Shown: piece after piece, positions 1 through 8,650 of the stretch
How positions within the stretch are numbered: the stretch's first letter is position 1
How the letters are laid out: each line of letters begins with the position of its first letter
Origin: Polyangiales bacterium
GTDB lineage: Bacteria; Myxococcota_A; Polyangia; Polyangiales; Ga0077539
Direction: 5' to 3'
NCBI GenBank assembly: GCA_044229975.1
Contig: JBGARZ010000019.1
Location: 1 to 64,000 of the forward strand
Length of the DNA: 64,000 nt
Made by a program: the position numbers and the translations under genes
Notes under the pieces: model-generated
Told to the model about the DNA's origin: nothing
What the model saw: the letters and a program-made list of their open reading frames with translations, nothing else
Database searches by the model: none

Positions 1-36
1 CGCAAGAACACCCGCCGGAAGAAGACCGCGGGCTGA
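1..36 (+). CDS. 3' end of an unidentified gene (RKNTRRKKTAG*), truncated by the window edge
   Basis: Frame 1 is open to TGA at 34-36 and is followed immediately by a perfect hairpin. Confidence 0.4.
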   Translation, partial: RKNTRRKKTAG

Positions 37-55
37 CCCCGCAACGGGGTCAGCC
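31..55 (+). terminator. Terminator-like hairpin
   Basis: GGCTGACCCCG-CAA-CGGGGTCAGCC, perfect 11-bp stem; no U-tract. Confidence 0.5.
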
Positions 56-254
56 GACGGCGCGGCGGCGGGTCACGGCGCCGCCCGCCGCCCGCCGTCG
101 GGACCCATCAGAATTCTCCGCTTCCCCACGGTCACCAACAGCCTGATTGATCATGCTGGGTGATGTTCCAAACGAAACCCCCTCGGCGAGCTTGATCAGC
201 ACGATCCGAGGGGGTCCCCTCCGTTCAGCCCTGGCAGGCGAAAGGAGGGACCCA

Positions 255-848
255 CTGTCCCACGGATTGCTGGCCGACCCCAGGCTCTACGACGCCTTGT
301 TTGGCTTCGACGACGACCTCGCCACCGACGCCCGGGAGGGCGGCTGCGTGGGGTGCGGCGGGCGACTGCATCGCGCCAACTACCCGCGCAAGCCGCGGGG
401 CAGCCCCGCCGCGCTCGGCCCCGACTACGGCCGGCGCTTCAGCTTCTGCTGTGACCGCGACGCGTGCCGCAAGCGCACCACGCCGCCCTCGGTGCGCTTC
501 CTCGGCCGACACGTCTACCTCGCCGCGGTGTTCGTCCTGGTCTCGGCGATGCGCCACGGCGTCACCCCCGAGCGCGCCGCGAAGCTCACCGCGTGGTTCG
601 GCGTCAGCCGACGCACCCTCGGGCGCTGGCGGCGGTGGTGGCTCCAGACCTTCGTCGCGAGCGAGGTCTGGAAGCGCGTGTGCGGACGGTTCCTCCCCGC
701 GCCCGACGTCGCGACGCTGCCCGCGTCGTGGCTCGACGCGATGGGCGCGATGCCCGAGGTCGAGCGGGTGCAATGGATCCTGGCGGGCCTGCTCCCGTTG
801 AGCACCACCTCGCCGGGGAAGGGATCACGCATCGTGATGGGGTTCTAA
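255..848 (+). CDS. Transposon-associated zinc-finger + HTH protein
   Basis: CxxC (CVGC)...CC..C (FCCDRDAC) and HTH-like FGVSRRTLGRWRRWW. AAGGAGG at 242-248 points to an in-frame CTG start at 255 (ORF track starts at 147). Confidence 0.7.
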   Translation: MSHGLLADPRLYDALFGFDDDLATDAREGGCVGCGGRLHRANYPRKPRGSPAALGPDYGRRFSFCCDRDACRKRTTPPSVRFLGRHVYLAAVFVLVSAMRHGVTPERAAKLTAWFGVSRRTLGRWRRWWLQTFVASEVWKRVCGRFLPAPDVATLPASWLDAMGAMPEVERVQWILAGLLPLSTTSPGKGSRIVMGF

Positions 849-928
849 CGCCCGCAGAGCACGCCCGACGACGCCCGCGGACCCGACGAATAGGGTCCCG
901 CCAGGGTCCGACGAAGGGAGCAAAACGG

Positions 929-2461
929 GTGAGTGACGAGCACGGTACGAGGGTTCCTGATGAGTGGGCGCGGATGCGATTCGCGGTCGTGGGTCAGCTG
1001 TTGGCCGCGCCGCCGACGGTGCGCGGTGGTGTGCGTCGCGCGCTCGTCGCGCTCGCCGCGCAGACCTGGCAGCACCCCATCACCGCGGCGCCCGTGACGT
1101 TCAGCGTCTCGACGATCGAGCGGTGGCTGTACGCCGCGAAGGGAGAGCGCGTCGATCCGGTGAACGCGCTGCGTCGGCAGGTGCGCGCCGACCGCGGCAC
1201 GCAGCCGGCGGTGTCCGCGCGCATGGGCATCGCCCTGGCCGAGCAGCACCAGCGGCACCCGGGGTGGTCGTTCCAGTTGCACGCCGACAACCTCGACACG
1301 CTCGTGCGCGAGGACCCCACGCTCGGCGTGATGCCCTCGTACGCGACGGTGCGGCGCTACCTCCGTCGCCACGGGCTCACGCGCCAGCCGAGGCTCCACG
1401 AGGTCGCGCGCCCGGGTGAGGTGCGCGCCGCGGTGGCGCGGACGCAGCGGGAGACGCGCAGCTACGAGGCCACGCACGTCCACGGGCTGTGGCACCTCGA
1501 CTTCCACGTCGGCTCGCGCAAGGTGCTCTTGCCCGACGGGCAGTGGGTGTCGCCGCGGATGCTCGGCGTGATCGACGACCACTCGCGCCTCCTCTGCCAC
1601 GGCCAGTGGTACGCCGGCGAGACCGCCGCCGATCTGGTGCATGGGCTCTCGCAGGCGATCCAGAAGCGCGGGTTGCCGAGGCACCTGCTGACCGACAACG
1701 GGAGTGCGATGGTCGCCGCCGAGACCGTCGAGGGACTCGCCGCGCTGGGCATCGTCGGGGACACCACGCGCGCCTACTCCCCGGAGCAGAATGCGAAGAT
1801 GGAAGTCTTCTGGGCCCAGGTCGAGGGTCGCCTGATGGCGATGCTCGAAGGCCACCCGGAGTTGACCCTCGCGCTGCTCAACGAGGCGACGCAGGCGTGG
1901 CTCGAAGGGGAGTATCACCACAAGGTCCATCGCGAGACCGGCGCGACGCCCTTCCACCGCTTCCTGCACGCGCCCTCGGTGGGTCGCCCGAGCCCTTCGA
2001 GCGACGCGCTGCGACGGGCGTTTCGGATGAAGGCCGAGCGACGACAGCGCAAGAGCGACGGCACCTTCACGCTCGACGGCGTGCGCTTCGAGGTGCCCTC
2101 GCGCTACCGGCAAGTGACCACGCTCTCGGTGCGCTACGCGCGCTGGGACTTGTCGTGCGTGGACCTCTACGACGAGCGCCACGGCACGCGGCTGTGCGTC
2201 GTCCTGCCACTCGACAAAGCCGCCAACGCCGACCGTCGGCGCCGTGTGCACGAGGCGTCAGCGCCCGTCGGGGACGCGAGCACGCCGAGACCCGAGCCCG
2301 AGCCTGAAGCGATCGCGCCGCGCCTGCGCGAGCTGATGGCGCAGTACGCCGCCACGGGGCTGCCGCCCGCGTACGTGCCCCGCGCGGCGGCTCCGACCGA
2401 CGCGAGGCCGGAGGGCGACGCGCTCCCAGGGCTCGACGACGCGCAGGAGGCGTCACGATGA
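929..2461 (+). CDS. DDE-type integrase/transposase with Mu-transposase-like C-terminal domain (TnsB/TniA-like)
   Basis: WHLDFH, VIDDHSR, LTDNGS, NAKMEVFW (rve core); N-terminal HTH SVSTIERW; C-terminal KSDGTFTLDGVRFEV; GTG start after GAAGGGAG. Confidence 0.9.
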   Translation: MSDEHGTRVPDEWARMRFAVVGQLLAAPPTVRGGVRRALVALAAQTWQHPITAAPVTFSVSTIERWLYAAKGERVDPVNALRRQVRADRGTQPAVSARMGIALAEQHQRHPGWSFQLHADNLDTLVREDPTLGVMPSYATVRRYLRRHGLTRQPRLHEVARPGEVRAAVARTQRETRSYEATHVHGLWHLDFHVGSRKVLLPDGQWVSPRMLGVIDDHSRLLCHGQWYAGETAADLVHGLSQAIQKRGLPRHLLTDNGSAMVAAETVEGLAALGIVGDTTRAYSPEQNAKMEVFWAQVEGRLMAMLEGHPELTLALLNEATQAWLEGEYHHKVHRETGATPFHRFLHAPSVGRPSPSSDALRRAFRMKAERRQRKSDGTFTLDGVRFEVPSRYRQVTTLSVRYARWDLSCVDLYDERHGTRLCVVLPLDKAANADRRRRVHEASAPVGDASTPRPEPEPEAIAPRLRELMAQYAATGLPPAYVPRAAAPTDARPEGDALPGLDDAQEASR

Positions 2462-3309
2462 GCGCGAGGACATGGTCGGCGCTGGGTCTCAAGTACAACC
2501 CCTTCTCGCCCGACGTCCCGGTCGAGGCGCTGTGGGTCTCGCCGAGGACCGAGCACTTCTGTTGGCGGGTCAACCACCAGGTGAGCGAGGGAGGCTTCGC
2601 GCTCATCAGCGGCGACGTCGGCACGGGCAAGTCGGTGACGCTGCGCGTGCTCGCCGAGCGCCTGGGGGGCTTGCGCGACGTCACCGTCGGCACGCTCACG
2701 CACCCGCGCAGCCGCGTCGCGGACTTCTACCGCGAGCTCGGCGAACTCTTCGGAACGACCTGCACCGCGAGCAACCGCTGGGGCGGCTTCAAGGCGCTGC
2801 GCGAGAAGTGGCACGCGCACATCGAGGCGACCCTGATGCGCCCGGTGCTGCTCATCGATGAGGCGCAGGAGATGTACCCGGAGGTGCTCTCGGAGCTGCG
2901 CGTGCTGACCAGTACATGCTTCGACTCGCGGGCGATCCTGACGGTGGTGCTCGCCGGAGACGCGCGGCTGCCGGAGATGTTTCGGCGCGAGGAGCTGGTG
3001 CCGCTCGGCAGCCGGATGCGCGTGCGGATGACGCACGAGTACGCGACGCGCGAGGAGCTGCGCGGCTGCCTCGTGCACCGGCTCACGCAGGCCGGCAACG
3101 CGACGCTCGCGACGCCGCAGCTGATCGACACGCTGTGCGAACACGCCGCCGGCAACTACCGCGTGATGCTCACGATGGCCGCCGAGCTGCTCGACGCCGC
3201 CGTCGCCCGGGAGCAGACGACGCTCGACGAGAAACTGTACCTGGAGGTCTTCGCGCCGACGGCGGCGCGACGAACGACGGCGCCGACGGGGAAGGCGGCG
3301 CGGCGATGA
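2458..3309 (+). CDS. ExeA/TniB/TnsC-like AAA+ ATPase (transposition helper)
   Basis: Walker A GDVGTGKS, Walker B LLIDEAQ, VLAG motif, N-terminal LKYNPF; overlaps the transposase stop. Confidence 0.9.
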   Translation: MSARTWSALGLKYNPFSPDVPVEALWVSPRTEHFCWRVNHQVSEGGFALISGDVGTGKSVTLRVLAERLGGLRDVTVGTLTHPRSRVADFYRELGELFGTTCTASNRWGGFKALREKWHAHIEATLMRPVLLIDEAQEMYPEVLSELRVLTSTCFDSRAILTVVLAGDARLPEMFRREELVPLGSRMRVRMTHEYATREELRGCLVHRLTQAGNATLATPQLIDTLCEHAAGNYRVMLTMAAELLDAAVAREQTTLDEKLYLEVFAPTAARRTTAPTGKAARR

Positions 3310-3629
3310 CCCGCCCGCGTGATCGGGTCGACGTCGAGACACGGCTGACCCCGGAGATGATCGCCGAGACGCCCGAGCGGGCCACCGTGGAGGCCCTGCG
3401 GGCCGTGCTCGACCTCACCTGCCTCGCGCTGATCGCGGCCAACCCTGCGCTGCTCCACGACGGCTGGCCCTCGATGCCCGCACACGGGTACCTCGCGGGC
3501 GTCCGTGTCGCGGACCGGATCCTCAAGCACGGGCACGCGCTGCGACGAGAATTGGTGCGGTACGCCCACCACCTCGATCGACAGCGCGAGCGTGCGACCG
3601 AGCGGCTGGAAGACGAACTCCCTTTCTGA
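3306..3629 (+). CDS. Small helical hypothetical protein (107 aa) ending in EDELPF
   Basis: ATG overlaps the ATPase stop (ATGA); lies inside the end repeats. Confidence 0.75.
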   Translation: MTRPRDRVDVETRLTPEMIAETPERATVEALRAVLDLTCLALIAANPALLHDGWPSMPAHGYLAGVRVADRILKHGHALRRELVRYAHHLDRQRERATERLEDELPF

Positions 3630-3719
3630 TGACCGCCAGGTGACGACGGGCCACGAGCTCACGGACCGGACGGCGACTCGCCGCCGTCAGGCGCCGCGCT
3701 CCTGCACTCACTGCGATCC

Positions 3720-3761
3720 CATCAAAGAGCGTGATCAGATCACCATCAAGAAGCGTGACCA
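3720..3761. repeat. Tandem imperfect 18-bp repeats, putative transposase binding sites
   Basis: CATCAAAGAGCGTGATCA and CATCAAGAAGCGTGACCA, 24-bp period. Confidence 0.65.
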
Positions 3762-3767
3762 CGCTCA

Positions 3768-3935
3768 CCCGCGCCCAAGCGAGGCGATCCATCGGCGAGT
3801 ACATCGATGACTTCTACAACAGCGAGAGGCGCCACTCGTTCAACGACTACGTCAACCCGATCGAACACGAATTACGTTGCCAGGTAAAAGCCCTGGCCCC
3901 ATAAGATGACTGTCCACGAAACCGGGGGAACCTCA
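3768..3935 (+). pseudogene. IS3-family remnant: transposase OrfB C-terminus plus right inverted repeat
   Basis: TRAQARRSIGEYIDDFYNSERRHSFNDYVNP...* (TAA 3902-3904) fits the IS3 EYI.FYN..RRHS...Y..P motif; followed by CTGTCCACGAAACCGGGGGAACCTCA ending in CA. Confidence 0.8.
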
Positions 3936-4072
3936 TCCCCATGCACGGTGTCCATCGTCGCTCCGCGCGCCACCCGGTTACAGTCGTCGCGCGCTCATCG
4001 CATCCGCGGCACCGTTGGTCGACACCCCGAGATGTTCCAGACGCGCGGAGAGGCGCATGGCCTAGTCCTGAC

Positions 4073-4774
4073 TCAGCGCACCGCTCGCCCGAGCGCGATG
4101 TGCGTACGGAAGTCGATGCGGGTGTCGAGCCCGTACCAGCCGTACGCCGTCGGGTCTCCGCCCGGCGTCTCCACGAACAACGTCAGCGTCCCGTAGCCGA
4201 AACCGCTCTGGTGCTGGCGAGGTCGCGTGTCGTCGCCGTGCGGGATGGACGTCGCGTCGGCGATGCGCACCGACCACCGTCGACCGTCACGGTCGAGCCG
4301 TCGCGGCGCTTCCTGCACGAAGGCCACATGACCGGTGTTGCGTGAGGCCACCGTCGGCGGTCGGCGCCACGCGATGACGTCGCCCGCGCGGAGGTCCTGC
4401 ATGCGCGTGAGGCGGAGCCATCCGTCGCGAGGATGGTCGACGGGCGACGCCGCGATGACGTCGTGGAAGTCGCGGGCCACCGGACGCCCGCGACCGTTGC
4501 GCCGCAGCACGGCGGCATGAGCGCGGGGCGCGGCGTGGGAGAGCACGAGGCTCGCCATCGCCGAGCAGTCGAAGTCGTAGCGACCAGCGCGCTCGTCGAC
4601 GCGCGTGGCGTGCACGTAGTGGGTGCTGCGAACGTTGGCCCGGATGCGCTCGATCTCGGACGCGACGGGCGACCGGGCGACCGCGGGCTGCACCGCACGC
4701 ACGGCACGCGGCGCATGCTGGGCCGCCGCGGTGGTGGTGAGCGAGAGGGCGACGAGGACGGCGCGCAGGTTCAT
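4073..4774 (-). CDS. Secreted NlpC/P60-like (papain-fold) cysteine hydrolase
   Basis: Signal peptide; YDFDCSA, LRAGDVIAW, TGHVAFV. Confidence 0.65.
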   Translation of the reverse strand: MNLRAVLVALSLTTTAAAQHAPRAVRAVQPAVARSPVASEIERIRANVRSTHYVHATRVDERAGRYDFDCSAMASLVLSHAAPRAHAAVLRRNGRGRPVARDFHDVIAASPVDHPRDGWLRLTRMQDLRAGDVIAWRRPPTVASRNTGHVAFVQEAPRRLDRDGRRWSVRIADATSIPHGDDTRPRQHQSGFGYGTLTLFVETPGGDPTAYGWYGLDTRIDFRTHIALGRAVR

Positions 4775-5101
4775 GGTCGCGACGGTAGCGAGGGCGCTGG
4801 AGTGGGGCGTCATTTTGGGCAGCGGCCATCGGCACAACCTCGCGTGGTGGCAGTCCCGGGGGGCCTACGCTGCGGCGTAAACACTGGGGCTGCCACCGCC
4901 AGACATCGCACCACAAAGGCTTCGATTGAAGGCCCTCCCAACCGACATGACTCTCGTCAAGAAGGTGACGAGTCGTCACGTTTCCGATGGTCAACCTTCC
5001 CGATGACGCTTAGCGTCGAGACAGTGGATCATCGCGTGACCCCACGAAATCTTGAGTTCGTCCCCGTCAAGGTGGGGCGAGCGACCATCAGCGACGGCCC
5101 G

Positions 5102-6442
5102 ATGAAGCTCGGGCGCTACACGCTCCGTTACCGCATTGCGCAGGGGGCCATGGCCTCGGTCTACCTCGCGCAACTGGAGGGCTCCGCGGGCTTCCACAAG
5201 TGGGTCGCGGTGAAGGTCATCCACCCCGACGTCGCGGCCAACCCCCGCTTCGTCGGCATGTTCGCGGACGAGGCGCGGCTCGCGGCGCAGATCGAACACC
5301 CCAACGTCTGCTCGCTCTTCGACTTCGGCGAGGTCAACGGGTCGTGGTTCATCGCGATGGAGTACCTCGCCGGGGAGACCCTCGGCGTCGTCGCGCGAAC
5401 GGGCTGGAGCACCGGTCGCCCACCCGCCCACGCGATGGTCGCGCGCATCGTGGCCGACGCCGCGCGGGGCCTGCACGCCGCCCACGAGACGCGCCTCTCG
5501 TCGGGCGAACACGCGGGCGTCGTGCACCGCGACGTGTCGCCCGACAACGTCTTCGTCACCTACGCCGGCACCACGAAGATCGTCGACTTCGGGGTCGCGC
5601 GCTGGAAGGAGCAGACCGCGGGGCCCACGGCCGTCGGTGAGCTCAAGGGCAAGCCCGCGTACATGAGCCCGGAGCAGCTCCGCGAGGAGCCCATCGATCG
5701 TCGCTCGGACATCTGGTCGCTGGGCGTGGTGCTCTGGGAGGTCAGCATCGGGCGACGGCTCTTCAGCCGGAAGACCGACGCGGAGACCATCGAGGCCGTG
5801 CTGGAGCAGCGCATTCCGCACCCGCGACGATTCCGCGCGGAGTACCCAGTCGAGCTCGCCGCCATCGTGTGCAAGGCGCTGGAGCGTGACCCCGATCGCC
5901 GCTACCAGACGGCCCTGGAGTTCGCCCGCGAGCTGGAGCAATGGGTCGCCCGCTCGGGCGAGATCGCCGGCAGCGCCGAGGTCGGCGAGTACATGCAGGT
6001 GGCCTTCGCGTCGCAGATCGCGCAGCGCGAGCCGTTGATGCGCGAGCCGCCGCGCGACGCGCCCCGCGGTCTGCCGGCGAGGGAGATCTCCAATGTTCGT
6101 CGGATGACGCCCATCGACCCGGAGGAGTTCGACAACTCGCCGCTGGAGTTCATCCCGGACATGACGGCGCCGAGCGACAACGACATGGGCGAGGAGCTCA
6201 CCCGCCTGCGCCCGCTGGGCCCGAGCCCCGCGTCCGATGGGCCGCCGCCCATGAGCCTTCCGCCCGTCACCTGGTCCCCGCTCGAACGACCGCCCGTCAA
6301 CGTGGTCGTCCTGGAGCGCGCGAGCCTGCCGGCGTGGCGTCGTCGCGGCGTGCCGAGCTTCGTCGGCGCGCTGCTGTTGATCGTCGCGAGCCTCGCGGTC
6401 ATCGCGTGGTGGCTCTCGTTGGGCCACGTGCGGGCGTCGTGA
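5102..6442 (+). CDS. Membrane-anchored Ser/Thr protein kinase
   Basis: VAVK, HRDVSPDN, DFG, YMSPEQ, DIWSLG; C-terminal TM; start could be 5003. Confidence 0.92.
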   Translation: MKLGRYTLRYRIAQGAMASVYLAQLEGSAGFHKWVAVKVIHPDVAANPRFVGMFADEARLAAQIEHPNVCSLFDFGEVNGSWFIAMEYLAGETLGVVARTGWSTGRPPAHAMVARIVADAARGLHAAHETRLSSGEHAGVVHRDVSPDNVFVTYAGTTKIVDFGVARWKEQTAGPTAVGELKGKPAYMSPEQLREEPIDRRSDIWSLGVVLWEVSIGRRLFSRKTDAETIEAVLEQRIPHPRRFRAEYPVELAAIVCKALERDPDRRYQTALEFARELEQWVARSGEIAGSAEVGEYMQVAFASQIAQREPLMREPPRDAPRGLPAREISNVRRMTPIDPEEFDNSPLEFIPDMTAPSDNDMGEELTRLRPLGPSPASDGPPPMSLPPVTWSPLERPPVNVVVLERASLPAWRRRGVPSFVGALLLIVASLAVIAWWLSLGHVRAS

Positions 6443-6445
6443 CCC

Positions 6446-7546
6446 TCAGCGCGCGACGCCGCTGATCTCCGCCGGGATGCCGCACCACGCGGGCGCGCCC
6501 GGCGGGAGTCCCGCGTCGAGGTACGGCGAGCTCGCGGGCGCGAGCCCGTAGGGGTGATCGAGGAAGAAGCGCCACACGAAGGCCGAGCGCGGCTCATCGG
6601 GCGCGGGCGCCATGAGCGGCGGCAGGGCGTGGCCGCGGTCGTGGGTGCACGCAATGACGAAGTGGCCGTCGTCGATGAGCGCGTCGCGGAGGCGCCGCGA
6701 GGCGTCGTCGAAGTTGACGATGAGCCGGTCGGTGGGTCCGCCCCACACCACGATGGTGGGCAGCTTGTTGGGCTGCGGCGTGTACTCCAGGCGCACCACG
6801 TTGGGCACGTAGCCGAGGCCACCGGAGAGAATCGCCGCCGACGCAAAGCGCTGCGCGTACGGGGTGCTGAGCAGCGACGTCAGCCACAGCGCGCCCGCGC
6901 TCACGCCCATCGCGTGGATGCGCGCGGGGTCGACGCGATACTGCGTGGTGACGCACGCGAGCAGGTCGTCGAGGAAGAGCCGCTCGGCCTCCGGGCGGCT
7001 GGAGAGGATGAACGGCCACGTGAAGTAGTTGGTCGCGCGCCCGTCGGCCTCGCGCTGCTGGTCGGGCACCGCGACGATGATGCGGTAGCGCGCGGCGGCT
7101 GCCTCGATGTCGGCCTCGCGCACCATCTGGTTGCTGTCGCCAGCGAGCCAGTGCCACGCCACGAGCAGTGGCCAGCGATCGGTCCCCGCCGCGTCGTAGT
7201 TGCTGGGGACGATCAGCCTGAACTGCCGCTGCGCCATCCCCGTCGGGAAGGCCGCGTTGAGCCCCGCCGCCGAGTCGGCCCCACCGCGCAGCGTCGGACA
7301 CGCGCCGCGCGAGTACGTCGGCAACGGCGGCGGCGTCCGCGGCCACGTCGTCGCCACCACCCGCACCCGGTCGGGCGCAACGTCTTCGTTCACGCCCGCG
7401 TCGACGCTCTCACCCGCGTCCATCGCCTCGCCCGCGTCGACGACTGCAACGTCCGCGAGGTCCGTCGATGGAGCGTCTGGCGCGACGGTGGTCGCTGCCT
7501 CGGTGCAACCCAGCGCGAGCGCGCTCGCGACGAGGAGACGCCTCAT
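6446..7546 (-). CDS. Alpha/beta-hydrolase lipoprotein (esterase/PHB-depolymerase-like)
   Basis: Lipobox LALGC; VDPARIHAMGVSAGA (GxSxG); C-terminal GH. Confidence 0.75.
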   Translation of the reverse strand: MRRLLVASALALGCTEAATTVAPDAPSTDLADVAVVDAGEAMDAGESVDAGVNEDVAPDRVRVVATTWPRTPPPLPTYSRGACPTLRGGADSAAGLNAAFPTGMAQRQFRLIVPSNYDAAGTDRWPLLVAWHWLAGDSNQMVREADIEAAAARYRIIVAVPDQQREADGRATNYFTWPFILSSRPEAERLFLDDLLACVTTQYRVDPARIHAMGVSAGALWLTSLLSTPYAQRFASAAILSGGLGYVPNVVRLEYTPQPNKLPTIVVWGGPTDRLIVNFDDASRRLRDALIDDGHFVIACTHDRGHALPPLMAPAPDEPRSAFVWRFFLDHPYGLAPASSPYLDAGLPPGAPAWCGIPAEISGVAR

Positions 7547-8637
7547 CCCTCGCCGAGCGTCACGTCGTGGCGGGCACCGCAGTAGTCGCACGTGAGGTAC
7601 GTCTGGCCCTTCACGGGCGGCTGCATGCCGGCGCCGCAGTTCTCACACTTCTCGGGCCACTTCACCGGTACGCCCACGCGGCTCCCGGCGGGCATCGGGC
7701 CGGTGTAGCGACCGCGCTCCAGGTCGCCCGAACGCACCTGTTCGAGCACCGCGTCGACCTCACCCGCATTGTCCTCGTCGAGCTCCAGCGTGACGGTGGC
7801 GGGCGAGCCCGACTGCGGGTTGAAGCGCAGGGTGAGCACCTGGTCCTTGATGAGCATGCCGCGCTCGCTGGCCTCGGCGCCGGTGAGGTGACCGACGAGC
7901 GCGTCGAGCAGCAGCTTCCGGCGCTTCTCGGTCTTCGACGCGAAGAACACGAACGATCGCTCCAGCACCACCTCCTCCTGGTACTCGAAGCGAACGCGGT
8001 GCGCGGTCACCATCAGCAAGCCTTCGACCTTGCCGCTCGGGTGATCTTCCCAGGTCGCCTTGGAGGCGAAGAGGGGGTTCTCCTCGGGCTGCATCTTGAA
8101 GCTCGCGCCCTCGAACTGATCGAGCGTCCAATGGATGCGCTTGAGCCGCGTGGTGAGACCGTCCACCGCCGCGATGAACTGCGCCGCGCCCGCGAGCACG
8201 CGCGCCTTCTCCGCGTTGATGGCCTCATCGAGCCCGCGCGCCTGCGCCGCCACGCTGTTGATGAGTCCCTCGTTGCGCAGCACATCACCCGACGCCGCCC
8301 TCCGCACGTCGCGCTCCAGCGCGCTGACCTGCCCGCGCAGCCCCGCGCCCACCCTCGTCGCCTCGGCCCGCGCGCCCTCGAAGGCCGCCGCCGCCCGCGC
8401 GTGCGCCTCGCGCCCGATCTGCTCCAGGTCGGCCCCCCACGCGTAGCCCCGCGCCCTCGCGCGCGACGCCGACTCGCCCAGCTGCGGAATCGCCGACACC
8501 CGCTGGTTGATCTCGTTGAGCGCGTCGTCGAAGGCCAGCCGCGCCGCGGCGCTGCTCGCGATGGACTGCGCGTAGGCGAGCTCGCCCGCCAGGGTCATCC
8601 GTCGAAGGTCTCGGTCTGCGTTTCCGTAAGAGGCCAT
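7543..8637 (-). CDS. Hypothetical protein: coiled coil + beta-rich (PH-like) domain + C-terminal zinc ribbon
   Basis: CENCGA...CDYCGA at the C-terminus; GLLMVTAHRVRF resembles bacterial PH domains. Confidence 0.65.
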   Translation of the reverse strand: MASYGNADRDLRRMTLAGELAYAQSIASSAAARLAFDDALNEINQRVSAIPQLGESASRARARGYAWGADLEQIGREAHARAAAAFEGARAEATRVGAGLRGQVSALERDVRRAASGDVLRNEGLINSVAAQARGLDEAINAEKARVLAGAAQFIAAVDGLTTRLKRIHWTLDQFEGASFKMQPEENPLFASKATWEDHPSGKVEGLLMVTAHRVRFEYQEEVVLERSFVFFASKTEKRRKLLLDALVGHLTGAEASERGMLIKDQVLTLRFNPQSGSPATVTLELDEDNAGEVDAVLEQVRSGDLERGRYTGPMPAGSRVGVPVKWPEKCENCGAGMQPPVKGQTYLTCDYCGARHDVTLGEG

Positions 8638-8650
8638 CACCGCACTCCGT

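Larger units (their letters stand above)
144..3767 (+). mobile_element. Four-gene Mu/Tn7-like DDE transposon (Zn-finger/HTH + transposase + AAA+ ATPase + small protein)
   Basis: Co-oriented genes, the last three overlapping (ATGA). Motif CATCAnnnAGCRTGAYCA occurs twice at the right end (3720-3737, 3744-3761) and once inverted at the left (148-165). Exact ends are uncertain and no target duplication was seen. Confidence 0.75.

Noticed and set aside
100..140. Possible right end of another element (…GGTCACCAACA) just left of the transposon
   Set aside because: Only a terminal ACA and a short CCCATCA match; not supportable without upstream sequence.
464..928. N-terminal extension of the transposase ORF overlapping ORF1 (possible frameshift fusion)
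   Set aside because: Low-complexity Arg-rich translation, no slippery site seen, and a good RBS precedes GTG 929.
2458..3309. ATPase as a type II secretion ExeA component
   Set aside because: No T2SS genes nearby, no peptidoglycan-binding domain, and it is coupled to a transposase.
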